Positions 62,301-64,000 of a DNA stretch of 64,000 nucleotides are shown here, in pieces; position 1 is the stretch's first letter; each line of letters begins with the position of its first letter. The notes beneath the pieces are model-generated. The model was not told where the DNA came from, ran no database searches, and saw nothing but the letters and a program-made list of their open reading frames with translations. The position numbers were made by a program, and so were the translations under genes. Origin of the DNA: Hydrurus foetidus (taxonomy: Eukaryota); assembly GCA_900617105.1 (NCBI GenBank), contig UYFQ01000530.1, positions 1 through 64,000 of the forward strand, given 5' to 3'.

Positions 62301-64000
62301 TGAGGCGCCACGACATATACTCCCTCGCTTCCAAACGGTCACATCCATGTGACCTAGACCTTGGACCCTCCTTCTGGAATCTGGCTGATGAGGGATCTGT
62401 TTCAACTGTAGTGGATTTCATCTTTTTCTTTGCTGTGTTTTGTCTGCCTTTAGGTTTCAACTGCACTGTTGCTACTGCTGCTGAGTAGTCTGTCCATGAT
62501 TGATTGTTCATTTCTGTGTTGTTCGTGGGTGTCATCTGATGGGTGTTCTCCTGAGACGGTAGAGACGGTGAAGCTCTCTGGTACGCAGACATAGAGGAGG
62601 ATGAGGTGGGGAAAGAGGGTGTAGAAGAAGAGGAGGGGAAGGGGGAGAAGGAGGGGTGTGCTGTAGCCGATGTGGGAGATATCGGAACAACCGATTGCAA
62701 TGATGATGGATGGGAGCGACTGGTTGACTGAGAGATAAGCTGCGAAGCAACGACTAATGTTGATGTTGCAGCAGACATATTGTCCAAGTACCCATTCTCT
62801 TCAATAGCATTGCTCACTTCACCTTGCACCCCTTCCTCCTCCCTCTCCCATTCCCTTTTGCTCTTTTCATCCAAGTCTGCTTCAATCGAGCTATCTACTG
62901 CTGAAGCTGTTGGAAAGGAAATATCATTTTTCTCAAAATATCCGGATAGAATTTGTTCTAACAAATTTTGTGACGATTTTTTGCACTCTTGAAACAATTC
63001 GTGTCCAGATTTCATCCAAATTACACACGTACTAGTTGGGTCTTTTAAAGCCTTGTAAATACTACGTACTTCAATACCTCGAAGATGTACGAGTGCGTGC
63101 GCGTGAAACGGTCTAACTAAAACATCCTGCGTGCTTTGTACACAAATAAGAGGTACATTCACTTTTTTCAATAACATACGTACATCGACAGAATGCAGAA
63201 CACCTTTGCATAGACCGATTCTTCCCATGAGTGTGATAGGATTTGTCACAGCAGTATACAGATTTAGTGCGAGAGGAACGGATATTCGGGATAAATACTC
63301 CTTGGAAAATAAAAATCGTGTGTAAAAATATACCGGGAGGTCCGGCCTATTTATCGGAGTACGGTTAAATGCGTTGATACAATCCATCATTGTCCCTGCA
63401 AGATGGGGGTCTGGATAAACCCATCCATTAACGGACAGGATTCCCCTCATATTTGGAACTTGGTAGTGCGCCGCATAATAAGAGATGATACTCATACCAT
63501 TTCCCAGTCCCATACAATAGAATGGCCTTGAGGTATCAAAATCGTACGTTCCCTTCTCTCCGACCTGATTCAGCAGTACATGTAGACATGACGCGTGATA
63601 GTCATTATTGAGCACTTGTCCCTCTCTCCACTCTGTATTCGCTTGTCCCGGATAGTTCCACAATAGCACTTGAAGACCGCTACACTTTGCCACGATAATA
63701 CTAAAATATATCAACAGTCTCTCAGATGTCTCAAATAAATCGTTGCAAACCACTAAATTGAAGTAAGCTTTATTCTGATTCCTCACAGTAGTGTTTCTAG
63801 ATGAATCCATGATGCTATACGGTATTCTCGTATCAGCATCTATTTGTACAAATCCGTTAATAACAGAATCCGTATCTGAGTTAGACCCCCTCAGTGCCAT
63901 GGACTGGGCTACCGCAGCGGAGGAATTGGCAGTGTTTTTTACTACCCCTAAAGGACCTAATTTGAAGGTCTTAGCGGTTGATACGTGTTGCAGTGTGTGG
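56363..64000 (-). CDS. 5'-partial multidomain protein: alpha/beta-hydrolase fold, IQ motifs, coiled coil, SAM domain, ankyrin repeats; multi-exon
   Basis: Frame is open past 64000. Hydrolase-like WNYPGQ...GLGNG...STQD...GHE; several IQxxxRGxxxR motifs; SAM WSVDDVARWLQ|TLSLGQYSEAFTDAAIDGEFL...LGLEHRLHRKKIL spliced across ~59905-59533; ankyrin FGNTLLIVSCQNNNFRMCKYLMSKGANPD. Joining all exons into one gene is inferred. Confidence 0.75.
56946..58575 (+). repeat. ~1.6-kb mosaic pentanucleotide satellite (AAATC, GGAAT, AATTG/AAATT, AAAAC) inside an intron
   Basis: Read directly; lies between the exon ending ~58661 and the ankyrin exon. Confidence 0.95.
59671..59879 (+). repeat. (AGAAC)n intronic microsatellite, ~40 units
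   Basis: Read directly; lies in the intron that splits the SAM domain. Confidence 0.97.
61128..61290 (+). repeat. (CATCT)/(CTCCT)n intronic microsatellite
   Basis: Read directly. Confidence 0.9.

Overview
Eukaryotic genomic DNA with GT-AG introns, most likely a plastid-bearing stramenopile such as a chrysophyte. That assignment is inferred from a bipartite-signal ChuX/HutX-like gene and the style of the F-box/LRR gene. Left end: a ChuX/HutX-like gene lies head-to-head with a divergent CYFIP/Sra1 gene, followed by a decayed EF-hand gene and a ~1.66-kb PIF/Harbinger-like TIR element. From 10.4 to 20.2 kb are two nested Ty3/gypsy chromoviruses. The young one has identical 216-bp LTRs and a GTGG TSD and is inserted into the 3' LTR of an older, 5'-truncated relative. 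From 20.3 to 48.2 kb is an F-box-like/LRR gene whose unique 5' part is pseudogenised. Its LRR region is amplified into a ~27-kb intron-less, near-perfect higher-order tandem array of ~45 units of 624/621 bp. Each unit is 8 LRRs (4 x 156-bp LRR pairs), and most sequence variation sits at one hairpin-forming site. Right end: a SNF2/BRM-type SWI/SNF ATPase and a 5'-partial multidomain gene (pseudo-alpha/beta-hydrolase, IQ, SAM, ankyrin) whose introns carry long pentanucleotide repeats. Several frameshifts look like long-read consensus errors, so array length and junctions need read-level checking.
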